DNA from: a bacterium (Candidatus Blackallbacteria) CG13_big_fil_rev_8_21_14_2_50_49_14
Lineage (GTDB): Bacteria > Cyanobacteriota > Sericytochromatia > UBA7694
Assembly (NCBI GenBank): GCA_002783405.1
Contig: PFGG01000074.1
Coordinates: 20,542-84,541, forward strand
Reading direction: 5' to 3'
DNA length: 64,000 nt
Below are positions 1 through 8,172 of this stretch, piece by piece. The translations under genes were made by a program, and so were the position numbers. The notes under the pieces were generated by a model that worked only from the letters and a program-made list of their open reading frames with translations, did not search any database and was not told the origin of the DNA. The number at the start of each line of letters is the position of its first letter. Position 1 is the stretch's first letter.

Positions 1-337
1 GTCTTTTTTTTTAGATAGAAATGGTTGGGGGCATACTGCGAAACGTTTCGGACGCTAGATGGGGGTCTATAACGCCCGTCAAACAGACTAGACAAAGCGA
101 GTAATGTTTTTCTCAGCACCAAACTGGGGCCGATGTATGCCAAAAATAAAAGCGTTGAGCGCTCTAAAGAATAGTTCCCATACAATACTTTAAAGGTCTA
201 AACAAAGTGTGGGCAGCATCATTCACTTGAATTCAAAATAAAGAGAAAAAAAAGTGAACCCTGAAATCAGGATTCACCCTTGAATTGAATAGTGAGCGGA
301 AGCAGAACTGAATCATTAATGGATTCAATTTACCTGT

Positions 338-351
338 TAAACAATTGTTTA
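338..351. promoter_or_regulatory. Perfect 14-bp palindrome TAAACAATTGTTTA in a long non-coding leader region
   Basis: Read directly. It is its own reverse complement. It lies about 300 bp upstream of lexA in a stretch with no ORF of 60 aa or more. Confidence 0.2.
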
Positions 352-449
352 CAGGATTTTATGGGAATGTGGCTCGAAAAACACACCAGAATCATTTGAT
401 TAAGGCATTTTTCTTATGCGGTGTTTCTAACCATCACTCTTATACATTA

Positions 450-465
450 GTATACGGATTGTATC
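450..465. promoter_or_regulatory. Candidate LexA operator copy 1 (GTATAC-GGATT-GTATC)
   Basis: One of three GTATAC-N5/6-GTAT sites clustered upstream of lexA. TATAC pentamers also recur at 441, 451 and about 462, i.e. with 10-bp phasing. Confidence 0.25.
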
Positions 466-514
466 TGATTCTGTCAAGAGAATTTTGAGAAGGTCTATAT
501 AATCGTGGAAATAT

Positions 515-544
515 TTGACTTTCCTGTATTCTTATGCTTATTAT
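515..544 (+). promoter_or_regulatory. Sigma70-like promoter candidate for lexA (TTGACT-N18-TATTAT)
   Basis: TTGACT at 515-520 and TATTAT at 539-544. GTATAC site 2 begins 2 bp downstream, i.e. over the predicted transcription start. Confidence 0.35.
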
Positions 545-545
545 G

Positions 546-563
546 GTATACATAGATGTATGT
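546..563. promoter_or_regulatory. Candidate LexA operator copy 2 (GTATAC-ATAGAT-GTATGT)
   Basis: Immediately downstream of the -10 candidate. Same architecture as the sites at 450 and 621. Confidence 0.3.
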
Positions 564-620
564 GCATCTGCCACAGAATTCAGATCTGTAGGTACACAGT
601 CAGAAAAACAGGACAGGAGG

Positions 621-638
621 GTATACGTGATCGTATAC
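621..638. promoter_or_regulatory. Candidate LexA operator copy 3 (GTATAC-GTGATC-GTATAC)
   Basis: Best copy. Two perfect GTATAC hexamers, each self-complementary, separated by 6 bp; it ends 12 nt before the lexA ATG. Confidence 0.35.
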
Positions 639-649
639 ACAAACTCACC

Positions 650-1282
650 ATGAGTAATACCCAGATGAATGACCGCGAATTAGAAGCGTTTCGTGAGATT
701 CGCAATTCCTTGATTAAGCGGGGACGCCCGCCCTCAGTGCGAGAATTGATGATTGATTTAGGCTATCGCTCACCGCGTTCTGCCGCTGTTTTGATCGATC
801 GCTTGATTGAAAAGGGCTTGCTGCGCCGCAAGGCCGATGGTGGGCTGCAGCTTTTAGCTGAGCCTGAGTTGAATCAGGACCACGCCCAAACGGTCAATGT
901 GCCTTTGGTGGGTACCGTGGCCTGTGGTTCACCGATTTTGGCGGATGAAAATATTGAAGCCGTGATTCCGGTTTCCACGAAAATGGCCAAGCCTCCGCAC
1001 CAGTATTTTCTGCTCAAGGTCAATGGCGATTCGATGAATGAATGTCAGATCTATGACCATGATTTGGTTTTGATTCGTCAGCAGACCACTGCCGACAATG
1101 GCGACTTGGTGGTGGCCTTGATTGATACCGAAGCCACAGTCAAAGAGTTCCATCGCAGCCGCAATACCATTATTCTCAAGCCACGTTCTTCCAACCGTGG
1201 TCACCAACCCATTGTGCTTACTGAAGATTTTCAAATTCAGGGGATCGTGGTTGCGACTTTGCCAAAAGAAGTATTGAACTGA
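650..1282 (+). CDS. lexA: LexA-family repressor (wHTH + S24 self-cleaving peptidase)
   Basis: ORF 515..1282, with the first plausible ATG at 650 (MSNTQ). wHTH 'RPPSVRELMIDLGYRSPRSAAVLIDRLIEKGLL', cleavage region 'VACGSP', Ser motif 'NGDSM' and Lys motif 'ATVKEF'. Confidence 0.8.
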   Translation: MSNTQMNDRELEAFREIRNSLIKRGRPPSVRELMIDLGYRSPRSAAVLIDRLIEKGLLRRKADGGLQLLAEPELNQDHAQTVNVPLVGTVACGSPILADENIEAVIPVSTKMAKPPHQYFLLKVNGDSMNECQIYDHDLVLIRQQTTADNGDLVVALIDTEATVKEFHRSRNTIILKPRSSNRGHQPIVLTEDFQIQGIVVATLPKEVLN

Positions 1283-1305
1283 TCTCCGTTTTTTAGCCCT
1301 CTTTC

Positions 1306-1353
1306 ACCCAAGCGTAACAGGTTTTGCCTGTCGCGCTTGGGTCCTGTTTTTTT
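1306..1353 (+). terminator. Rho-independent terminator after lexA
   Basis: Perfect 9-bp outer stem ACCCAAGCG/CGCTTGGGT (1306-1314 / 1334-1342), inner stem ACAGG/CCTGT, then T7 at 1347-1353. Confidence 0.6.
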
Positions 1354-1458
1354 CGTAGGAAGATCTTGAAGAGGGTTTGCGTTTTTCAGAGGCTGTGGTT
1401 CAGGTTCGCCCCTGCGGTATAGTAGTAAACAGTCTGACCGTGAAGGGATCGATTCAAG

Positions 1459-2157
1459 ATGTCATTACCCAAACGTGTGTTTGTTTCCGGAGGCAGTAAA
1501 GGCATTGGTTTGGCCATTGCCCAACGTTTTCTGGCTGAAGGCTTTCAAGTTGCTGTGTCTGCCAGCAGTTCTTCCAGTTTGGAGGCTTTGAAGGCTCAAT
1601 CGCCCGAAATGAAAACCTATCTTTGTGATATGTCCTCAAAAGAAGCTGTGCTGGATTTGGCAGAGCGTCTCAATCAAGAGTGGGGGCCTCTGGATGTTTT
1701 GGTCAATAATGTGGGGCGGTTTATGCCCGGTCAAATGCATAGCGAAGAAGATCAGATCTTTGAATACCAAATGCAGTTGAACCTCAACAGTATTTATTAC
1801 CTGACCAAGCGCGTACTTCCCCCTATGATTGCCCAGCGCAGCGGAACGATTTTTAATATCTGCAGTACGGCCAGTATTACCGCTTATCCCAATGGAGGCT
1901 CCTATTGCATCTCAAAATTCGCCTTATTGGGTTTTTCAAAGATTTTGCGCGAAGAAATGAAAGCGCATCAAATTCGCGTGATCTCAGTTTTGCCAGGAGC
2001 GACCTTAACCGCTTCTTGGGAGGGCGTGGATTTACCTCCCGAACGCTTTATTCCCGCTGAGGATATTGCCACCGTGGTTTGGGAAACCTATGGTCTCAGC
2101 CCCCGCACCGTGGTTGAAGAAATTCTGGTGCGTCCGCTTGAAGGAGATTTGGGTTAA
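1459..2157 (+). CDS. Short-chain dehydrogenase/reductase (sepiapterin-reductase-like by context)
   Basis: Rossmann motif 'VFVSGGSKGIGLAIAQRF', 'NNVG' and catalytic 'YCISK'. TAATG stop/start overlap with the PTPS-family gene downstream. Confidence 0.8.
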   Translation: MSLPKRVFVSGGSKGIGLAIAQRFLAEGFQVAVSASSSSSLEALKAQSPEMKTYLCDMSSKEAVLDLAERLNQEWGPLDVLVNNVGRFMPGQMHSEEDQIFEYQMQLNLNSIYYLTKRVLPPMIAQRSGTIFNICSTASITAYPNGGSYCISKFALLGFSKILREEMKAHQIRVISVLPGATLTASWEGVDLPPERFIPAEDIATVVWETYGLSPRTVVEEILVRPLEGDLG

Positions 2158-2663
2158 TGCGCACAGTGACCCTTGAATTGTTCAAAGAAAACATGAAGTT
2201 TTCGGCGGGTCATTTTACGATTTTTTCGGCCCAGGAACGTGAAAATTTGCACGGCCACAATTTCACGGTGCATGTCACGATTGAGGCCTGTATTCTCGAA
2301 AATGGCATGTGTTTTGATTATGCTCTGTACAAGCGAAGGATTGAAGGGCTTTGCCGGGAGTGGAACGAGGTCGTTCTTCTGCCGAGCCAATCGCCCTATC
2401 TCAGAATAGAAGAAACAGACGACTTGATTTTCGCGCATTTTGATACGGAGCGGATTCCCTTTCTGCGCAGAGATGTTTTGCTCCTGCCGATTGAAAACGC
2501 GACAGTTGAAGAGTTTTCGCGCCTCTTTCTTGAGAAATTGATTGCCAATCCCCAGGAATTAAGCGATTGGGGGCTTGAGGCGATTAGCGTAAAAATTTTT
2601 TCGGGGCCCGGTCAGTGTGCTGCCAGTTCCTGGAAAAAACCGGAGGCCCATGCAGAGCCTTGA
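2157..2663 (+). CDS. 6-pyruvoyl-tetrahydropterin synthase (PTPS/QueD) family protein
   Basis: 'FSAGHFTIFSAQERENLHGHNFTVHVTIE' matches the PTPS His-triad region (H...HGH). Size is compatible with the family. Confidence 0.65.
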   Translation: MRTVTLELFKENMKFSAGHFTIFSAQERENLHGHNFTVHVTIEACILENGMCFDYALYKRRIEGLCREWNEVVLLPSQSPYLRIEETDDLIFAHFDTERIPFLRRDVLLLPIENATVEEFSRLFLEKLIANPQELSDWGLEAISVKIFSGPGQCAASSWKKPEAHAEP

Positions 2664-3798
2664 CGCTTTTCAGGATTGGTTAAAAACCTACCGTCAAGTT
2701 CCTCTTTTGCTGGAACAGGAACGCTGGAAAGACGCCTTGGAAACCATCGCGCAACTTCAAACTCTCTTGCCAGTGCAGCCCTCTCTTGCTGAGACTTTGC
2801 CTTGGCAGGATTTAAATTTGGCTCTGCATCAGATACTTTCGGCCCAGGCGGAAATTTTCTGGGAGATTCACCCGGAAATTCAGCTGGCTGCCTGGCAGGC
2901 CCAAGCCTATTTTCATTTAAAACAAGCCCATCAAGCCATTCAGGTTTTGCAGAAACTGATTGCGAACCATTCTGTTTCTGCGGCTGTTTACCACCAACTC
3001 AGCCGCTATCTTTGGGCCGAAGGCCGGGTCGAGGAAGGGCTTTTGCCCTTGTATCAGGCGCTGGAAAAAGAGCCCGCCTATCTGCCTGCGTATATTGACC
3101 TCGTCTTTCTAGCCAATGGGCAAAAAGCCTTTGAGCGGGTGTATCAGCTGGCCCGAATGGGATTTAGAGAAGGTTTTAGTTTGCGTCTGCTTGAAGAAGT
3201 GGCTTTGGCTGCTGCCCAACGAGAAGCCTTTGATTTGCGCTTTTTATTATTGGAACTCTGTGTGCAGAATATCCAGCCAGAGAGTCGGGATGTTTTGGTC
3301 GATCTTGCCAAAAGCCTTTACCTGCAGGGGGATTATAAAAACTGCGAGTATCTGAGTTACCATCTGATGCAGGTTTTTTCTGAAGATGCTGAAATTTTTG
3401 ATTTGCATCTTTTGGCGGTCATGCAGCTTGAACACTGGGTGCCCGCGATTCGGCTCTTAAAGCGAAGTTTGGCGGCGCAGGCCGAAAATCCTGGCCATTG
3501 GTTCCGTTTGGGTATTGCTTACAGCCGTTGGCAAATGCCCCTGCTTGCGCGTTATGCCTTGGGGCAGGCCTTGGCTTTAAACCCTGAAACAGAGCTGCAA
3601 TTGGAATGTCAGGCTTTGCTTGAACAATTGCCCCAGAGCCGAAGTTTAGAGGCCTCTGTTGCTGAGCTTTTGCGGGAGAGTCTTTTGACGCCTGGTTTCT
3701 CAGAAAAAATTCGCAATCAATGCCCAGAAACACTGGCTGAGTTGGGGATTGCCTGGAATGATGAGCTGGGTGAAGCCTTGCAGGAGATCCTGATTTGA
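2650..3798 (+). CDS. TPR-repeat protein
   Basis: ORF 2617..3798; ATG at 2650 preceded by GGAGG. Repeated 34-aa-like helical units with A/Y/L spacing (e.g. 'AWQAQAYFHLKQAHQAIQVLQKLI', 'WFRLGIAYSRWQMPLLARYALGQALALNP'). Confidence 0.6.
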   Translation: MQSLDAFQDWLKTYRQVPLLLEQERWKDALETIAQLQTLLPVQPSLAETLPWQDLNLALHQILSAQAEIFWEIHPEIQLAAWQAQAYFHLKQAHQAIQVLQKLIANHSVSAAVYHQLSRYLWAEGRVEEGLLPLYQALEKEPAYLPAYIDLVFLANGQKAFERVYQLARMGFREGFSLRLLEEVALAAAQREAFDLRFLLLELCVQNIQPESRDVLVDLAKSLYLQGDYKNCEYLSYHLMQVFSEDAEIFDLHLLAVMQLEHWVPAIRLLKRSLAAQAENPGHWFRLGIAYSRWQMPLLARYALGQALALNPETELQLECQALLEQLPQSRSLEASVAELLRESLLTPGFSEKIRNQCPETLAELGIAWNDELGEALQEILI

Positions 3799-3840
3799 TC
3801 GTGTATAATGAAGCATTATCTGGAGACAGAGGCAGGGATC

Positions 3841-4323
3841 ATGATAAAGAAACTTCTGTTTATGGGATTGAGTGGTTTATTGCTGATAGGGTGTTCTGGT
3901 GACCCTGTTGTCAAAGATTTGAGCCAATATGTTCAACAGGATCTGTTTAATCTCGAAACCAATCGCCGTGCAGCTCAAAGCCAGTATCTGTCCGTCAAGG
4001 GCGATACCGAAAAAAAACAGGTTTCGATTATCAAAAGCAAAGTGACCCTGCAATTGGAAAAATACCTCAAGGGTTTGAAAGATACCAAACCCAAAACAAC
4101 GCAGGTTCAAGAACTGAACAAAGAAGGCATTCAGCGGGTTGAAAAAGCCCTGGACCTGGTCAATGCCTACCGTAAAACGCTGATGAAACGGGATTCTCAT
4201 CAGGTGCCGATCGCGCGTTCAGAGCTGGATACGGCTTTTCGTGAGATTGAAGAATGGAAAAACGAGGTCTATTTGCTGGCCCGTGAAAAGAATATTTCCA
4301 TTCCCAGCGAACGCGTCAAATAA
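3841..4323 (+). CDS. Hypothetical lipoprotein
   Basis: The internal ATG at 3841 gives 'MIKKLLFMGLSGLLLIGCSG', a signal peptide with a lipobox Cys. No recognisable family. Confidence 0.55.
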   Translation: MIKKLLFMGLSGLLLIGCSGDPVVKDLSQYVQQDLFNLETNRRAAQSQYLSVKGDTEKKQVSIIKSKVTLQLEKYLKGLKDTKPKTTQVQELNKEGIQRVEKALDLVNAYRKTLMKRDSHQVPIARSELDTAFREIEEWKNEVYLLAREKNISIPSERVK

Positions 4324-4359
4324 GGGCTGAATAAATAAACTTTTTCTGAGGGGTTTTGC

Positions 4360-6573
4360 ATGTCTTCCGAAGCGGATGACGTTCCTCCTGGTTTTATCAT
4401 TGAAGACGAGGAGATAATCGCGGATTTTATCGTTGAGGCAGGAGAGTTTCTGCAGCAATTGGATCAGGATCTGATTGCGCTGGAACAGGCGCCTGATGAT
4501 TTGGAATTGCTGAACCGAATTTTTCGCGCGGCACACACGATCAAAGGCAATGCCTCTTTTTTAGGCTTCGCAAAATTGACGCGTTTTACCCACCAAACTG
4601 AAAATGTCTTGGATAAGTTGCGCAGTGGTGAAATGACCATGAATCCAGAGATCATGGATTTGATCTTGGAATCTGTCGATATTATGAAAGCCTTGATGGA
4701 CAATCTGCGCGATGAATCCGTTGTGGATATTGAGACCACGCTGCAAAAATTGGAAAAATGCCTCAAAGGGGAGCTTTCTGCGCCTGCTCCTGCACCTGAG
4801 GCTCCCCCGCCTCCCCCGGCTGGCAACGATGATATGGATGAAATCATCGAAGACTTTATTGTGGAGTCAGGCGAGCTGATCGAAGCTTTGGATCAGGATT
4901 TATTGAATCTCGAACAAACCCCAGACAATCTGGATTTACTCAATCAGATTTTTAGGCCTGTTCACACGATTAAGGGCAATGCTTCGTTTTTGGGCTTTGA
5001 TAAACTCATGCGTTTTACTCACCAGCTTGAAAACCTTCTGGACAAGCTGCGCAGTGGCGATAAGCGGGCGACCCCTGAAGTGATTGATGTGATTCTTGAA
5101 TCCGTTGATTTGATGAAAAACCTGATGAAGCATTTGCAGAACGAAGCCCTTGTGGATATTGAACCGATGGTGGCACGGCTTCAACTGCATTTGACGGGGG
5201 AATCGGTTGCCCCCGCTGCTCCTGTCACGCCCGTGCTTGAAACCAAGCCCGAACCCGTCGCGGCCCCTGCGCCGCCCCCTGTTCCGGCCAAGGCTGAGAC
5301 TCCGGCCCCAGCTGCCCCCAAACCCAAAGCGCCCGCTCCGGCGGCCCCTCCTGCCAAGAAAAAAGATCCCGAAGAGTCGACGATTCGTGTCGATGTTGAA
5401 CGCCTGGATGCCTTGATGAACCTGGCCGGTGAGCTGGTGATTGCCAAAAATCGTCTGCAACAGTTTTCCAGTTTGTTTGAAGAGCGCTTTTCAGAAAACG
5501 AATTGACTGAATCTCTGATGCTGACCACCAGTTTGATCAGTTTTATTACCGGTCAGTTTCAGGAAGCGGTCATGAAGACCCGCATGTTGCCGATTCGCAA
5601 GGTATTCAGCCGCGTGCCCCGTATGGTGCGAGACTTGGCCCGTGATACCAAAAAACAGGTCAATCTGGTGATGGAGGGTGAAGATACGGAATTGGATAAA
5701 TCCGTAATCGAACATATTGGCGATCCGCTGGTGCATATTATTCGCAATGCAGTGGATCATGGCCTGGAAACCCCTGATGAGCGCCGCAAAGCGGGAAAAG
5801 ATCCTGAAGGAAGAGTCTTTTTGTCTGCCTATTCTGAAGGCAACTATATCGTGATTGAGATCAAAGATGACGGCAAGGGCATGGACCCGCATAAAATCTT
5901 TAAGAAAGCTGTTGAAAAGGGCCTTGCCAACTCAGAGGACAGTCTGCGCCTGAGCGAATCGGAAATGCTTGATTTTATTTTTGCCCCCGGTTTTAGTACC
6001 GCTGAAACCATTTCAAATATTTCAGGCCGTGGCGTGGGCATGAATGTGGTCAAAGAAAATATTATGAAGCTCGATGGCTTGATTGAAATCGACAGCCGGG
6101 TGGGCGAGGGCAGCACCTTTCGGATTCAATTGCCTCTGACGATGGCGATTGTGCCGGCCCTGCTGGTCAAGGTTCAACATTTTACCTATGCCATTCCCCT
6201 CAATAATGTGGTGGAAACCCTGGTGGTTCAACCCTCTGAGATTTTCAATATTGATCAGAAACAGGTCATTCACCTGCGCGATCGCTTTGTTTCCCTGGTG
6301 CCCCTCAATCAAATTCTGGGCTATCCCGATCTGCCCAATACCGGGCAAAAACGATATGTGATTATTGTGGGCGTGGGCGAACAACGCATGGGCCTGCTGG
6401 TGGATCAACTTTTGGGACAAGAAGAAGTCGTGATCAAATCTTTGGGCGAGTTTTTCGACGAGGTGGATTTGATTGCGGGGGCGACGATTATGGGCGATGG
6501 CAGTGTGGTGCTGATTCTGGATATTGGCCATATTCTGCTGCGGCTTTCCCGCAAGACGCTTTACGTCAATTAG
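4360..6573 (+). CDS. cheA: Chemotaxis histidine kinase CheA with two tandem HPt (P1) domains and a Pro/Ala-rich linker
   Basis: The motif HTIKGNASFLGF occurs twice. Dimerisation region 'STIRVDVERLDALMNLAGELVI'; HATPase motifs 'NAVDHG', 'DDGKGMD', 'GRGVGMNVV', 'GEGSTF'; C-terminal CheW-like domain. Confidence 0.9.
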   Translation: MSSEADDVPPGFIIEDEEIIADFIVEAGEFLQQLDQDLIALEQAPDDLELLNRIFRAAHTIKGNASFLGFAKLTRFTHQTENVLDKLRSGEMTMNPEIMDLILESVDIMKALMDNLRDESVVDIETTLQKLEKCLKGELSAPAPAPEAPPPPPAGNDDMDEIIEDFIVESGELIEALDQDLLNLEQTPDNLDLLNQIFRPVHTIKGNASFLGFDKLMRFTHQLENLLDKLRSGDKRATPEVIDVILESVDLMKNLMKHLQNEALVDIEPMVARLQLHLTGESVAPAAPVTPVLETKPEPVAAPAPPPVPAKAETPAPAAPKPKAPAPAAPPAKKKDPEESTIRVDVERLDALMNLAGELVIAKNRLQQFSSLFEERFSENELTESLMLTTSLISFITGQFQEAVMKTRMLPIRKVFSRVPRMVRDLARDTKKQVNLVMEGEDTELDKSVIEHIGDPLVHIIRNAVDHGLETPDERRKAGKDPEGRVFLSAYSEGNYIVIEIKDDGKGMDPHKIFKKAVEKGLANSEDSLRLSESEMLDFIFAPGFSTAETISNISGRGVGMNVVKENIMKLDGLIEIDSRVGEGSTFRIQLPLTMAIVPALLVKVQHFTYAIPLNNVVETLVVQPSEIFNIDQKQVIHLRDRFVSLVPLNQILGYPDLPNTGQKRYVIIVGVGEQRMGLLVDQLLGQEEVVIKSLGEFFDEVDLIAGATIMGDGSVVLILDIGHILLRLSRKTLYVN

Positions 6574-6576
6574 CCC

Positions 6577-7287
6577 ATGGGTCATCCTGCTGCATTGGTC
6601 ACTGGGGCTGCCCGCCGTCTGGGCAAAGCCATTGCTTTGCACTTGGCTTCTCAAGGGTATGATGTGATTCTGCACTGTCACCATTCCCGTGCTGAAGCCG
6701 AAGCGCTTTTACCTGTGATTGAAAGCTTTGCCCGTCGGGGGTGGGTGCTTCAGGCCGATCTCAGCGATACTCAGCAAGCGCTGTCGATGTTTGCAAAAGC
6801 GCAGGCTGAATTTCCAGACTTAAATCTGCTCGTGAACAGTGCTTCTGTTTATTATCCCCTGGATTTTTTAGCGACCCGCCCTGAACAATTTGAACAATTC
6901 TATGCCCTGCATGTTAAAACACCTTTTTTTCTGACCCAGGCTTTTGCCCAAACCTGTGGCACGGGGTTGGTGGTGAATATGACCGATGCCCAGGCGCCCC
7001 GCCCGGATTATTTCGCCTACAGCCTTTCCAAACAAAATCTTTCAGATTTTACCCAATTGGCAGCCCGTGCTTTGGGGCCCGCTATACGTGTCAACGCGAT
7101 TGCACCGGGTTATATCCTGCCCCCTGTGGAAGGAAATCCCGACAATGCGGCGAGCCTGCGCTCTCAAATTCCGCTGGAGCGAACCGGCTCTGTTTCAGAG
7201 ATTACCCAAGCCTTACAAGTTTTGATCGATCATCCTTATCTGACAGGCCAAACCCTCTATGTCGATGGTGGTTTGCACCTCGTGTGA
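6577..7287 (+). CDS. SDR of the pteridine reductase / dihydromonapterin reductase (FolM/PTR1-like) type
   Basis: 'ALVTGAARRLGKAIALHLA' (TGxxxRxG signature), 'QADLS', 'NSAS', 'YSLSK', 'VNAIAPGYIL' and 'TGQTLYVDGGLHL' resemble FolM as I remember it. Confidence 0.6.
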   Translation: MGHPAALVTGAARRLGKAIALHLASQGYDVILHCHHSRAEAEALLPVIESFARRGWVLQADLSDTQQALSMFAKAQAEFPDLNLLVNSASVYYPLDFLATRPEQFEQFYALHVKTPFFLTQAFAQTCGTGLVVNMTDAQAPRPDYFAYSLSKQNLSDFTQLAARALGPAIRVNAIAPGYILPPVEGNPDNAASLRSQIPLERTGSVSEITQALQVLIDHPYLTGQTLYVDGGLHLV

Positions 7288-7518
7288 CACGCTTCTAAAC
7301 ATGATCTCGCCTTTCAAAAGTCTATCTAAAAACTTCTAAAAAAATAAAATGAATCATCGTTTACAAGCTAAAAATTAATAATAAATGAATATTTATTTAT
7401 ATTATTTATACAAAATCTCAGATTTGCAAAACACAAATTGCTTGGTTATCTTTATGTAACTTCAACGCTTTTTTGTTGAGGCATGTTTTACAATAGAGGG
7501 GTCAGCCCAGGAGGTTTC

Positions 7519-8172
7519 ATGGCTAAACTTCAGACTCGCCAGATACTTGATGATTTTGTCAGTGCCTCTGAGCAAGCGGGGGCTTTGCCCGTTTCGCTGA
7601 ACAGTTTTGCGCAGGCGCAAGGCTATGCCCCTGAAGCTTTGAAAGCTAAGTTTGCTTCTGTGCTTGAAATTGAAGCTGCGATTTATCACTTCTTTTTTGA
7701 AGAAACACTGCGCCTCTTGGCTGAGGATGCGGCCTATGCCGAGTATGGCACGCAAGAGCGTGTGCTGGCGTTTTACTATACTCTGTTTGAACTTCTGAGT
7801 GCCAACCGTGATTATGTTTTGCTTAGTCTGCAAAAGGGATGGAGCCCACTTCAGAATATTCCGAAACTGAAGCCTTTCCGGCAGGCTTTTCTCAGCCATT
7901 TTGCTGAGCTTTTGAGTGACCTTTTGTTCTTGCCTGAGCCCTTCAAAAACATGCAGGCACAGGTGCTGAGCGAATCCGCCTGGCTTCAGTTTCTGAGTAT
8001 CTTGGGTTTTTGGCTCTATGATCGCTCTTCAGAAAAAGAGCGAACCGATGTTTTAATCGAGAAAACTGTAGCTGCAGATTTTGAGGTTCTGAACCATTTA
8101 AATTGGCGTCATACCCCAGATTTACTCCGTTTCTGGCTTGAAGAACTGACCCCTGAAAGGCGCAAGCAATGA
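7519..8172 (+). CDS. TetR/AcrR-family transcriptional regulator (divergent)
   Basis: ATG at 7519 after GGAGG. The N-terminus 'TRQILDDFVSASEQAGALPVSLNSFAQAQGYAPEALKAKFASVLEIEAAIYHFF' follows the TetR HTH pattern. ATGA overlap with the next gene. Confidence 0.5.
   Translation: MAKLQTRQILDDFVSASEQAGALPVSLNSFAQAQGYAPEALKAKFASVLEIEAAIYHFFFEETLRLLAEDAAYAEYGTQERVLAFYYTLFELLSANRDYVLLSLQKGWSPLQNIPKLKPFRQAFLSHFAELLSDLLFLPEPFKNMQAQVLSESAWLQFLSILGFWLYDRSSEKERTDVLIEKTVAADFEVLNHLNWRHTPDLLRFWLEELTPERRKQ

Noticed and set aside
334-354. CTGT-N13-ACAG resembling an E. coli-type SOS box
   Set aside because: The spacing is 13 rather than 8, and the CTGT/ACAG arms are not symmetric about the centre of the internal palindrome.
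515-649. N-terminal 45-codon extension of the lexA ORF
   Set aside because: The extension ('MTFLYSYAYYGIHRCMCICH...') overlaps the promoter/operator region and has no LexA counterpart. ATG 650 gives a normal LexA N-terminus. The AGGAGG + GTG at 615-629 is out of frame.
1043-1058. TGTCA-GATCTA-TGACC near-match to the CRP-type palindrome
   Set aside because: It has one mismatch and lies inside the lexA coding sequence, so it was not counted as a site.
6022-6684. 220-aa minus-strand ORF, plus other antisense ORFs inside cheA (4464-5892)
   Set aside because: They overlap the well-supported cheA frame. The Pro/Ala-rich linker region generates open frames on both strands.
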